A program made the position numbers and the translations under genes. 64,000 nt of DNA from Fulvimarina sp. GTDB taxonomy: Bacteria > Pseudomonadota > Alphaproteobacteria > Rhizobiales > Rhizobiaceae. The stretch spans positions 114,753 to 178,752 of the forward strand of contig PACL01000080.1 in NCBI GenBank assembly GCA_002700095.1, written 5' to 3'. Positions 1 through 10,824 of the stretch are shown in pieces. Below the pieces are notes generated by a model. It was not told the origin of the DNA. It searched no databases and saw nothing but the letters and a program-made list of their open reading frames with translations. Every line of letters starts with the position of its first letter. Position 1 is the stretch's first letter.

Positions 1-697
1 CTCACGCCGACCGGACCACCCGTGACCCGCCTTCGTGCCAATCTCCTCCTGCTCGTCGCCGGCGCCGTCTGGGGCATGGGTTTCGTCGCCCAGTCGACGG
101 CGATGGACGCCCTCAGCCCCTGGGCCTTCATCGCGGCAAAATTCGCGCTCGCCGCCGCCGCCCTCGCGCCGCTCGCCGCACTGGAATCTCGGCGCCAGCC
201 TGTCGCACTGCCCCCGAAGATGCTCGGATGGTTCGCCCTCACCGGCGGCGCGCTGCTTCTCGCCGCGATCACCCAGCAGATCGGCATCGTCACGACGACC
301 GTCACCAATTCCGGCTTCCTCACCGGCCTCTATGTCGTGCTGACGCCGATCCTCGGGCTCGTCCTCTTGCGGCAGGTGCCGCACTGGGTCGTCTGGCCGG
401 CAGCGGCGATGTCCTTTGCCGGCATCGCGCTGCTCGGCGGCGGCAGCCTGTCGGCGCTGAACACCGGCGATCTGTGGACCATCGGATCCGCGCTCTTCTG
501 GGCGCTGCAGATCATGCTGGTCGGCACCATCGCCGCCTCGTCGGGCCGGCCCTTCCTCCTGTCCTTCGTCCAGTTCGCCGTCACGGCGCTCGGCGCCACC
601 GCCGGAACCCTTATCCTCGAAGCACCGGCGCTCGGCGATTTCGCCGCGGCGTTGCCCGAGATCGTCTATGGCGGCCTCTTCGCCACCGCCCTCGCCT

Positions 698-1746
<1,049 letters not shown>

Positions 1747-1750
<4 letters not shown>

Positions 1751-2487
1751 GAACGAAAGAGCCTCGTTGGGAGCGTTTCGTGCCGCATCGCGGCGATCTC
1801 CGAGACTATGGCGGCCGACCCCAGCTCGTCCAGCGTCGATCCGGCGGCGCGGCGGGCATTCGTCACGACCGACGGGGCGAGATCGCGCAGCACCGCCACC
1901 CATTCGCTCTGGCCGAGGGGCACGAGGCGCGCCGCCGCCGACACCAGCGATGCCGAAAAACTGTGGGCATAGGCGACGAGACTGCCGGCGAGCGGCAGAC
2001 CCGCATGGCAGGCGACGGCGCCGGCCGCCACCGGCAGCGGCATCTCGGCTTCGGCGCCGGATAGCCGCCAGCCGGCGCCGTCCGCACCGATCCAAGGTCG
2101 CGCCGCCGCGAGAAACGCCGCGCCGAGGGTCAGCGTCTCGCTGCGCCGCTCGGCACTGCCCGAGAGCGCCCTCGCCAGCTCCGCTAGGCCGGCGAGCCCC
2201 TGCTCCTCTCCGGCAGCTGCGGCGCGGTGCGCCTCGGCCATCAGGACGAGGTCGTTCCAGCCGCTGCCCCGGGCAAGAAGCACCTCCACCCAGCCGCGAA
2301 CAGCGCCCGCATCGCCGACCCGCCCCTCCCGCACGGCCGCCTCGAGCCCGTGGGAATAGGCAAAGCCGCCGGTTGGAAAAGCCGGGGAAAACAGCGTCAT
2401 CAGCGTCGCGAGATCCATCGCGTCGGCGGCGACGGCGCTCCCCCCGCTTCGCGCCGAGGCGTTGCGCTGCGGATCTGCGTCGCTCAC
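1747..2487 (-). CDS. ureF: urease accessory protein UreF
   Basis: 246 aa. Contains the [13 protein letters not shown] motif typical of UreF and lies between ureE and ureG. Confidence 0.9.
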
Positions 2488-2496
2488 CGCGCCGCC

Positions 2497-2940
2497 TCAA
2501 CCGTCATGGTGATGGGCATGATAGGCGCCGCCTTCCGGATCGAACGCCGCTTCGGTCTCCTCGACCGCGGCGCCGAGGCCTTCCAGCATCGTCCGGATCA
2601 CCGGATCGCGGCGGATCAGCAGCCGGTCCGCGAAGATCTGCGCCGCAAGGTGGCGGTTGCCGATCTGCCAGGCGAGCGTCACGAGATGGACGGTATCGCG
2701 GGCCCGGACCGCATAGAGCAGCTCCGGCTTGGCCTTGACGCCGATCACTCGGCCGTCGTCGAGCAGGATGCCGTCGCCGTCCAGCAGAAGCGTCGCCTCG
2801 GGCAGATCGAGCAGGAAGGCGATGCCGCCGTCGGAGACCATCGCCATGCGGCGGCGATGGCGGGCGGTCTCGTCGAGCGTGATCGTATCGGCCGGGTCCG
2901 ACCATTCACCCCGCCTGACGACGCTGTTTCCGACGATCAT
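2497..2940 (-). CDS. ureE: urease accessory metallochaperone UreE
   Basis: 147 aa. Has the [10 protein letters not shown] motif and a His-rich C-terminus (AYHAHHHDG). It lies immediately upstream of ureF. Confidence 0.9.
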   Translation of the reverse strand: MIVGNSVVRRGEWSDPADTITLDETARHRRRMAMVSDGGIAFLLDLPEATLLLDGDGILLDDGRVIGVKAKPELLYAVRARDTVHLVTLAWQIGNRHLAAQIFADRLLIRRDPVIRTMLEGLGAAVEETEAAFDPEGGAYHAHHHDG

Positions 2941-3003
2941 GAGACTGTCCTTCGATGCCGAGCCTCGCGAGGGACGTCGCGGCTCCGTCCGCGCAACCTA
3001 GAA

Positions 3004-3046
3004 CATGATCCCGAAAAGTGGGAACCGGTTTTCGCGAGGGATCATG
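3004..3046. repeat. 43-bp palindromic intergenic repeat (family 3, copy 1)
   Basis: CATGATCCCGAAAAGTGGGAACCGGTTTTCGCGAGGGATCATG. A near-identical copy in reverse orientation lies at 49200..49242. The outer arms CATGATCCC/GGGATCATG can pair. Confidence 0.75.
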
Positions 3047-3407
3047 CCGTGAGAGGAGAATGAACGGGATGCCGATCGAAGCCGAATTCATCCCGGTTGC
3101 GTGCCGAAGCAGGGCCAGCGGAAGCGTTGTCTCCGCAGCCCCGCAACCCTTTATGGCGCTTCAGGGGCGACGCGGCCGCCTTCCCCACCCGCCATCCGGA
3201 CCGAATGTCAGGCAGCCAAGCAAACCCGCACTCGTCGAACCGCAACTCCGCTTTTCTATTCAAGTCATTGAAGTGGAAAGGGACAGGCCGGCTGCAGTCT
3301 GACCGGACGCGGCGAGCACCTCGAAAGGTTGCACTGAGCTTTACGGAAAGTTAGCCCGCGTGAAGGAAGTTGCTTCTCGAAACCAACGGCGTCAGGGAGC
3401 CATCGGA

Positions 3408-3917
3408 GTGCAATCGATCAGCCGCCGCGCCATGCTCACGGGACTCTCGGCGACGGCGCTCTGTTGCCTCGCTCCGCCTGCGCTGGCCGCTGGCGACATC
3501 GACGATCCTTCGGCCCCGATCCTCACCGTCACCGATGGCGGCGTGGCATTGGCATTCAGCCGAAACGATCTGGCTGCCATGGAGCAGACGGCCTTCGAGA
3601 CGACCGCGCCCTTCATGCCGATCCCGCGGCGCATGGAAGGTCCGTCCGTCGCGACCCTGCTCCGCGCCTTCGATCCGAACAAAACCTTCGAGCGCATGGC
3701 GATCGCCGCGCTCGATTCCTATCTCGTCGAGGCCGAGGTGCCTGCCCTGGTCGAGGAGGAAGCTATCCTTGCGATCCGCCAGGACGGCGCCTTCCTGCCC
3801 GTCGCCGACAAGGGGCCTGCCCTCCTGATCTTCCCCTTCGACGACCGGCCGGCCCTGCAGGACAAGCGTCACTATGGCCTGTGCATCTGGCAGATCGTTG
3901 AGATCCGGCTTTCATGA
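3408..3917 (+). CDS. periplasmic protein resembling the small molybdopterin-oxidoreductase-like domain family (Tat-like signal)
   Basis: The ORF is open from 3360. The likely GTG start at 3408 sits after GGGAG and gives (M)QSISRRAMLTGLSATAL...ALAAG, a twin-Arg signal. The body (ILTVTDGG...FETTAPFMP...GPALLIFPFDD...IWQIVEIRL) matches my recollection of this small periplasmic family. The stop overlaps the next gene start (ATGA). Confidence 0.65.
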   Translation: MQSISRRAMLTGLSATALCCLAPPALAAGDIDDPSAPILTVTDGGVALAFSRNDLAAMEQTAFETTAPFMPIPRRMEGPSVATLLRAFDPNKTFERMAIAALDSYLVEAEVPALVEEEAILAIRQDGAFLPVADKGPALLIFPFDDRPALQDKRHYGLCIWQIVEIRLS

Positions 3918-5101
3918 TCAGGCGCTGGCTGAAAGCCCCCCACAGCCTCGACCGCTCGATCGGACTTTTGCTGATCGCGACCTGCGCGCTCGCGGCCATG
4001 GCCGTGCTGACGAGCATGCAGATCCAGCGCAATCAGCGTGAGATCCTGCGGATCTCCAGCTACGACCTGCCCTATGTCTACGCCCGCACGCAGGTCGAGA
4101 TCCTTCGGCTCCAGGCGGCGATCGGCAACGCCCTCGTCAACGACAGCTCCACCACCCCGCCCCGGCTGCATTGGGCGATCGTCAAGAGCCGCGTCTCGAC
4201 GATCCCGGTGTCCGTCGGACCGATCGACGTTCCGGAAGCGGCCGTCGCTTCCCGCAATCTCGACCAGACACTGACCACGATTGAACCGCTGATCGCCTCG
4301 CTCGACGAGACCAACAACGGCATCAGAGCGCTGACCTATCTCGATAACTCGGTCCGCGAGTTCACCCAGCTTGCCTCGCTGGCCAATGTGCGCCAGACGC
4401 TGCTCTTCGAGCGCGAGCAGGGCGTCCTGTCGCGCACGATGGCATGGCTCAGCGTCAACCTGGTGCTCCTCTGCGTGATCGGCTTCGTCCTGCTGCTGCT
4501 GGTCTTCCGCCGCAAGCGGCAGCTCCGGGAGATCGCGGTGACGGACGTCCTGACCGGGCTGCCGAACCGGGCCGCCATCCAGAACTGGCTGCCGCTCAAC
4601 GCGCGGCCCGTGACGATGGCGATCGCCCTCGTCGACGTCGACCATTTCAAACAGGTGAACGACGAACTCGGCCACGCCGCCGGCGACGATTTGCTGCGCC
4701 GCCTGGCGGGCGCCCTGAAGGACCAGGGCGGTTCGGATGCGCTGGCGGCGCGGCTCGGCGGTGACGAATTCGTTGTCATGTTCAAGGGCGACGATGCGCG
4801 GCAAAGGGCGCGGCGACGTTGCGAGGCGATCACGCGCGCCTTTCACCAGGCATCCCAGGCGACCGGATTCGCCAGGGTCACGCTCAGCATCGGCATCGCG
4901 GTCGGCGAGGCTGCGTCCGTTTCGGACATCGAGCATCTGATGACCCAGGCTGACCGCGCGATGTACGTCTCGAAGCGCGAGGGCGGCGACGGCCACAGGT
5001 TCTCGGCCGAATCTTGTCCCCGCGAAGCGGCTCCAGGAGCGCTCCTTCCGGCAACTGACCGCCCTCCCATCCTCGCAGCGCGGCAACTCGAACGGGTCTG
5101 A
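3914..5101 (+). CDS. membrane-anchored diguanylate cyclase (GGDEF domain)
   Basis: 395 aa. Two TM segments flank a roughly 150-aa periplasmic region. The C-terminal part reads LTGLPNR...DVDHFKQVNDELGHAAGD...RLGGDEFVV (intact GGDEF). Confidence 0.9.
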   Translation: MIRRWLKAPHSLDRSIGLLLIATCALAAMAVLTSMQIQRNQREILRISSYDLPYVYARTQVEILRLQAAIGNALVNDSSTTPPRLHWAIVKSRVSTIPVSVGPIDVPEAAVASRNLDQTLTTIEPLIASLDETNNGIRALTYLDNSVREFTQLASLANVRQTLLFEREQGVLSRTMAWLSVNLVLLCVIGFVLLLLVFRRKRQLREIAVTDVLTGLPNRAAIQNWLPLNARPVTMAIALVDVDHFKQVNDELGHAAGDDLLRRLAGALKDQGGSDALAARLGGDEFVVMFKGDDARQRARRRCEAITRAFHQASQATGFARVTLSIGIAVGEAASVSDIEHLMTQADRAMYVSKREGGDGHRFSAESCPREAAPGALLPATDRPPILAARQLERV

Positions 5102-5233
5102 CCGCTGCGGCCCCGGAAGATTGACGTCGGGGTCGCCGGCGGCAAGCCCGCTTGCTCGGCGGCTGCCGGGGAAGGGAAGCGCGCCGGCCTGAGCTGCGGC
5201 AAGAACGTCCCTCCTCGGACCGCAGACGCCACG

Positions 5234-6946
<1,713 letters not shown>

Positions 6947-7152
6947 GGCGTCTCTCTCGTGGATACCGGCGGGACTTCGGCTGGCAGGCACGGCGCGCGC
7001 CGCGCTGCAGCGCAACCAGCATATGTCGCTCGCGAAAGCTTGTCTTCACTCATTCGAAGCGATGGCCGACCCTCGTCCTCGACCGCGCCTTCCGGAGGAA
7101 GCGACTGGTTTCAGCCGCCTTTCGAGACCATATCCTCAAAAAAGGATCAGCC

Positions 7153-7575
7153 ATGCGAAACCTCGCCCTCGTCGCGGCCCTCGGTGCCGCAGCCGCCGCT
7201 TCCCCCGCCCTGGCGCAGCCCTACGATCCCGGACCACAGTTCAGCGTGCCCGGCTCCTCGGTCGCCGGCATGCGGATCGGCGGCGCGCCGCCGAAACTGC
7301 AGTCGCGCAGCGTCCCCAACGCGCCGGTCTTTGGCGACACGGTGGAGGAGCGCTATTACGGCCGTCCCTATGACGACAGCTACCTCCATCCGAGAATCCC
7401 GCGCGGCTCGAGCGAGGCAGGCTCGATCCAGCGCCGCGCGCGGCAGGGCGACCCCGGCCTCGATCCCGGCCGCGCCGGCGAGTTCGCCCGGAGCGGGCCG
7501 AGCGCCATCGGATCGAGCGAGGTCACCCGCGACCGCACGCGAGGGTCGGGCAACCGCGCCGTCATCCGGAAATAG
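7153..7575 (+). CDS. hypothetical secreted protein
   Basis: 140 aa. Sec signal MRNLALVAALGAAAAASPALAQP, high GC3, no recognisable domain. The C-terminal half is Arg/Gly/Ser-rich, so the true extent is uncertain. Confidence 0.45.
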   Translation: MRNLALVAALGAAAAASPALAQPYDPGPQFSVPGSSVAGMRIGGAPPKLQSRSVPNAPVFGDTVEERYYGRPYDDSYLHPRIPRGSSEAGSIQRRARQGDPGLDPGRAGEFARSGPSAIGSSEVTRDRTRGSGNRAVIRK

Positions 7576-7685
7576 ACGATGCCTCGCCGGAGAGCCTGGG
7601 ATAGCGTGCCGTCTTGCGGGCTGCCTCGGGCGCCGCACAGGTTGGGAACCAGCCGCCCACGGATCGGTTTTGCCAGCGACACATT

Positions 7686-7797
7686 CCGGCAGCATTGGGC
7701 CGGCAGTATCGGCCCGGTAGTATTGGCCAGGCACTATCGGCTCGGCACTATTGTTCCGGCGATATCGGCCCGGCAGTGTCGCCCGGCGCAGTGCCTG
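7686..7797. repeat. tandem array of 7-8 imperfect 14-bp units (consensus CCGGCAGTATCGGC)
   Basis: Units read directly: ccggcagcattggg / ccggcagtatcggc / ccggtagtattggc / caggcactatcggc / tcggcactattgtt / ccggcgatatcggc / ccggcagtgtcgcc / degenerate eighth. The array is intergenic and ends about 100 bp upstream of the ATG at 7900. Confidence 0.9.
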
Positions 7798-7899
7798 TGA
7801 TGATTCGGCGCGACCGGCCCCGCAAGCACTCCGGACGGTCGTCTTGACAGAGGCGCGGCCGCCGGCCGCATCCAGCCTCCCACTCGATGGAGACATTCC

Positions 7900-8361
7900 A
7901 TGTCCACCCAGACTATCCGCCGCCTCGCGGTCGCCGGCCTGATCGCGGCAGCGACGGTCCCCGGCCAGGCGGCCGCCCAGAGCATCGGATCCGGATCCTC
8001 GTCGTCGATCGGCGGCGGTTCCTCCTCGATCGGTGGGTCCTCCTCGATCGGCAGCGGCATCCAGTCCGGCAACGCCGCCTCGCCCGATTCCACCCAGCTG
8101 CGCGCCACGGAAGGCGACTCGACGATCAACAGCTCCAACGTCGACGCCATCGCCCGTTCGGGCAACATCGGCACGTCCTCGGCCACGACCTTCGGCTCGG
8201 ATGGCGGCCTCTCGAACAGCTCGGACTATTCGTTCCAGCTCGCGCCGAATCCGGGGCCGATGCCGAGGCTCCCCTCCCCCAAGGTCGGGATCGATCTCGG
8301 AGCCATCAGGGCCGGGCTCGACGCAGCCCCCAGCGCCACGCCCGACGCCGCGGGCAACTGA
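7900..8361 (+). CDS. Ser/Gly-rich secreted protein (hypothetical)
   Basis: 153 aa. GGAGA RBS; signal peptide ...AATVPGQAAAQS; then SIGSGSSSSIGGGSSSIGGSSSIGSG, encoded by three roughly 18-bp DNA repeats (~7996..8055). Confidence 0.55.
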   Translation: MSTQTIRRLAVAGLIAAATVPGQAAAQSIGSGSSSSIGGGSSSIGGSSSIGSGIQSGNAASPDSTQLRATEGDSTINSSNVDAIARSGNIGTSSATTFGSDGGLSNSSDYSFQLAPNPGPMPRLPSPKVGIDLGAIRAGLDAAPSATPDAAGN

Positions 8362-8590
8362 CCCGGCGTCCCCGGCGCAGCAGGATCCGCAAGTTCGGCG
8401 ACGGATGCGCATTTCCCCGCTGCGGCCAGCCGCATCCGAACGGCCGAAGGCTCTGATGAAGAGCCGACTCGCCCTGTCCCAACAGTCCAGGATGAGGCCA
8501 GAAGCGCTTGCTTCTGCTGACAAAACTCGCACAGGCGAGCGTCTTGGCTGCACCCCGTGACAGTGCAGAACAGGGTGCCAGTCCTCAACG

Positions 8591-8830
8591 CATCGTCATT
8601 CTTGGGCCCCGTCCCCAGAATCCAGGGGCACCCGCCGCGACGTCACCCGCTGCCGCCTTCTGCAGCCGAACCGGCCTTCTGTGACCGAAGCCAATCACCC
8701 GATCATCTGTGGATCTTCGGGACGGGGCCCGAGAAAGACGACGCGTTGCGGCTGGGGTCTTCTCTTTTGCGCCCCGGCAATTTCAATTTTCAATGTAACA
8801 CGCTGTTTTGCAAGCGCTTTTACGCCGCAT
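8591..8830. repeat. mosaic REP/MITE-like intergenic repeat (family 1, copy A)
   Basis: Two hairpin modules (CGTCATTCTTGGGCCCCGTCCCCAGAATCCAGGGG at 8593.. and its inverted partner ..GGATCTTCGGGACGGGGCCCGAGAAAGACGACGCG ending ~8746) plus a roughly 85-bp tail. Homologous to 12635..12890 and, inverted, to 12398..12550 and 36462..36640. Confidence 0.8.
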
Positions 8831-9013
8831 GAATGCCGCGGGGCCCCGCCCCAAGACCCCAACGGCAGCGCTCCGAACGTACCAGCCGGCAGAGACAACG
8901 TCCCACCGCCAGCGTCCGGCTGCCCCTAGACACGCTGCGGGGAAACGCCGCGGCGTCTTAGCCAGCGCCACCCTTCCAACAACCTACGCAGACAGCCTCG
9001 GCCCCGCAGCCGC

Positions 9014-9319
9014 CTACAGCGCGCCCATCACCGCTCCGTTGAAACCGTAAACCTTGCGCGCGCCGCGCAGGGGCACCAGCGTCACGTCGCGGGTCTGGCC
9101 AGGCTCGAAGCGGACGGCGGTACCGGCAGCGATGTCGAGCCGCATGCCCCGCGCCGTCTCGCGGTCGAACTGCAGGGCGGGATTGGTCTCGGCAAAATGG
9201 TAGTGGCTGCCCACCTGGACCGGTCGGTCGCCCGTGTTCGATACGGTGAGAGCGACGGGTTCCTGCCCTTCGTTGAGCGTCAGCTCGCCGTCCATGGTGA
9301 TGACTTCGCCGGGGATCAT
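9014..9319 (-). CDS. ureB: urease beta subunit UreB
   Basis: 101 aa: MIPGEV...[22 protein letters not shown]. Confidence 0.95.
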   Translation of the reverse strand: MIPGEVITMDGELTLNEGQEPVALTVSNTGDRPVQVGSHYHFAETNPALQFDRETARGMRLDIAAGTAVRFEPGQTRDVTLVPLRGARKVYGFNGAVMGAL

Positions 9320-9399
9320 GCTGACGGTCCTTTCGGTCGGGAAACGAAAGCTGGCACTGAGTTAGGCCTTTGACCCGGCAGATTGGGTCCACCGGAAGT

Positions 9400-9428
9400 G
9401 TCCCGCGCCGGTCAGGCCGGCGCGGGAC
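9400..9428 (-). terminator. strong GC stem-loop between hupE/ureJ and ureB (terminator/attenuator-like, no U-tract)
   Basis: GTCCCGCGCCGG-tcagg-CCGGCGCGGGAC: a perfect 12-bp stem with a 5-nt loop, 14 nt downstream of the hupE stop. Confidence 0.4.
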
Positions 9429-9441
9429 CCTATTCACGCCC

Positions 9442-10017
9442 TCATGCGGCGAAGAGCATCAGGCCAGCGGCAGCGCCGAGGAGGCCGACGGCCCGGATGA
9501 CCATCGGCTGGGCATGGCGCACGGCGGTCGAGCCGAGCCAGAGCCCGCCGAGATGCAGTGCAGCCGTCGCCAGCGCGAAGCCGCTGGCGTAGGCCAGCGC
9601 GCCGGCCGCACCGAGTTCGGAGCCGTGGGCATGGCCGTGGAAGACGGCGAAGAGGCCGACGATCAAGGCTGCGCCCGCCGCCGGGATCCGCACGGCCAGC
9701 GCGATCAGGAGGCCGATGGCGACGACCGAGGCGAGGATCGCCGGCTCGACAAAGGGCAGCGAGACGCCGGCCATGGCGAGGCCGAAGCCGGCCAGCATCA
9801 TGACGACGAAGGCTGCGGGAATCACGAAGCGGGCGTTGCCCTTGAAGGTCGCGGCCCAGACGCCGACGAGCACCATCACGACGATATGATCGAGGCCGGT
9901 CACCGGATGCGAGACGCCGGCAAGCAGCGATCCGTGCTCGGCCGGGTTGAGATGGGCGAAGGCCGGCAGCGGCGTCGCAAGAAGTGCGGCAGCGGCGAGA
10001 AGAGTGCGTTTCGGCAT
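9442..10017 (-). CDS. ureJ: HupE/UreJ-family nickel transporter
   Basis: From the ATG at 10017: MPKRTLLAAAALLATPLPAFAH (signal), HPVTGLDHIVVMV, FHGHAHG. 191 aa, about 6 TM. The ORF is open upstream to 10197, but that extension is Arg-rich junk. Confidence 0.85.
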   Translation of the reverse strand: MPKRTLLAAAALLATPLPAFAHLNPAEHGSLLAGVSHPVTGLDHIVVMVLVGVWAATFKGNARFVIPAAFVVMMLAGFGLAMAGVSLPFVEPAILASVVAIGLLIALAVRIPAAGAALIVGLFAVFHGHAHGSELGAAGALAYASGFALATAALHLGGLWLGSTAVRHAQPMVIRAVGLLGAAAGLMLFAA

Positions 10018-10402
10018 GAAGTCCCTCGTGATTGGTCGACCGGCGCCCCGACTTGGGTCGCGCCCCAGCCGTCGATGTCTGCGACATGAAGACCGCTTCC
10101 TGGCCGTCGAAGCGACCGGGAAACGGGTGCGGGCGATGATGTTGTCGGCCGCCGCCGCTGTCAAAGGCTTTTTCGCAACTGCACAGACTTCGTTCATCCT
10201 GCCGAACGAATCTGCCCTCCGACGGTTGTGGGTATCGCCGGATCGGGGTGCCGAGGTCCCGGCCGGCGCCCGGAGGAAACTCGGCGCTCACATTTTCGTT
10301 CTATTGCCATGAGGTCGCCTCGGCGACACATTAACGCTAGGGAAAGTCGAAGCGCCGACGCCAATGATCGGAGCAGCTTTCCGCAACAGGTTGGAGCAAT
10401 CT

Positions 10403-10672
10403 ATGAGCCGTCGCACCGTTTGCGGCCTCATCGCTTTGAGCGCCGCAGCTGCCGTTGCCGGGTTCGCCACCCCGGCCGGGGAGAGCCATCCGCTGATCGT
10501 CCGGGTCGTCACCATCGGCGGCGAGACCGGGCCAGCCTACTATTCGCTGGTGGAACAGGGTTACCGCTTCGTCAGCCGCGATCCCTCGGCGGCGCCCATG
10601 ATGGCAGACGCCGGCGCGCCCTCGAAGCCGAGTGGAGCCTCGGTGAAGACGGCCAGGATCTCTGCCCACTGA
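10403..10672 (+). CDS. small hypothetical secreted protein
   Basis: GGAG lies 6 nt before the ATG. Signal-like MSRRTVCGLIALSAAAAVAGFA. 89 aa, no recognisable domain. Confidence 0.35.
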   Translation: MSRRTVCGLIALSAAAAVAGFATPAGESHPLIVRVVTIGGETGPAYYSLVEQGYRFVSRDPSAAPMMADAGAPSKPSGASVKTARISAH

Positions 10673-10824
10673 CCCGGCGGGCCGCAGCCCTGCCACAGAG
10701 CGCCCCGCCGGCAGCCAGCCGGACCCGGTACCACCGGTTCCTCGCTTCCCCCGTCGATTCGGCGACGGCGCGTCCCGGTCCGGGCGATCACGCCGTCGCA
10801 AGCCGCTCCCTTATTGGCCCAGGC

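Noticed and set aside
1751-2500. 5' extension of the ureG reading frame (ORF 698..2500) across ureF
   Set aside because: The UreG sequence starts cleanly at the ATG at 1750 with ATGA coupling to ureF. The upstream part is Arg-rich junk in a frame overlapping the genuine ureF.
8557-8971. Small ORFs (62-91 aa) over repeat copy A, and analogous ORFs at 12207..12969 over copies B and B-prime
   Set aside because: They are translations of the repeat family (recurrent ..VILGPVPRIQG.. / ..RHSRARPENPG.. strings) and are not independent genes.
10018-10330. Possible cobalamin or NiCo riboswitch upstream of the HupE/UreJ transporter
   Set aside because: I found no GCCACTG B12-box core or other hallmark I can verify by eye. 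It is kept only as an unexplained long leader in the findings, and a covariance-model scan is needed.
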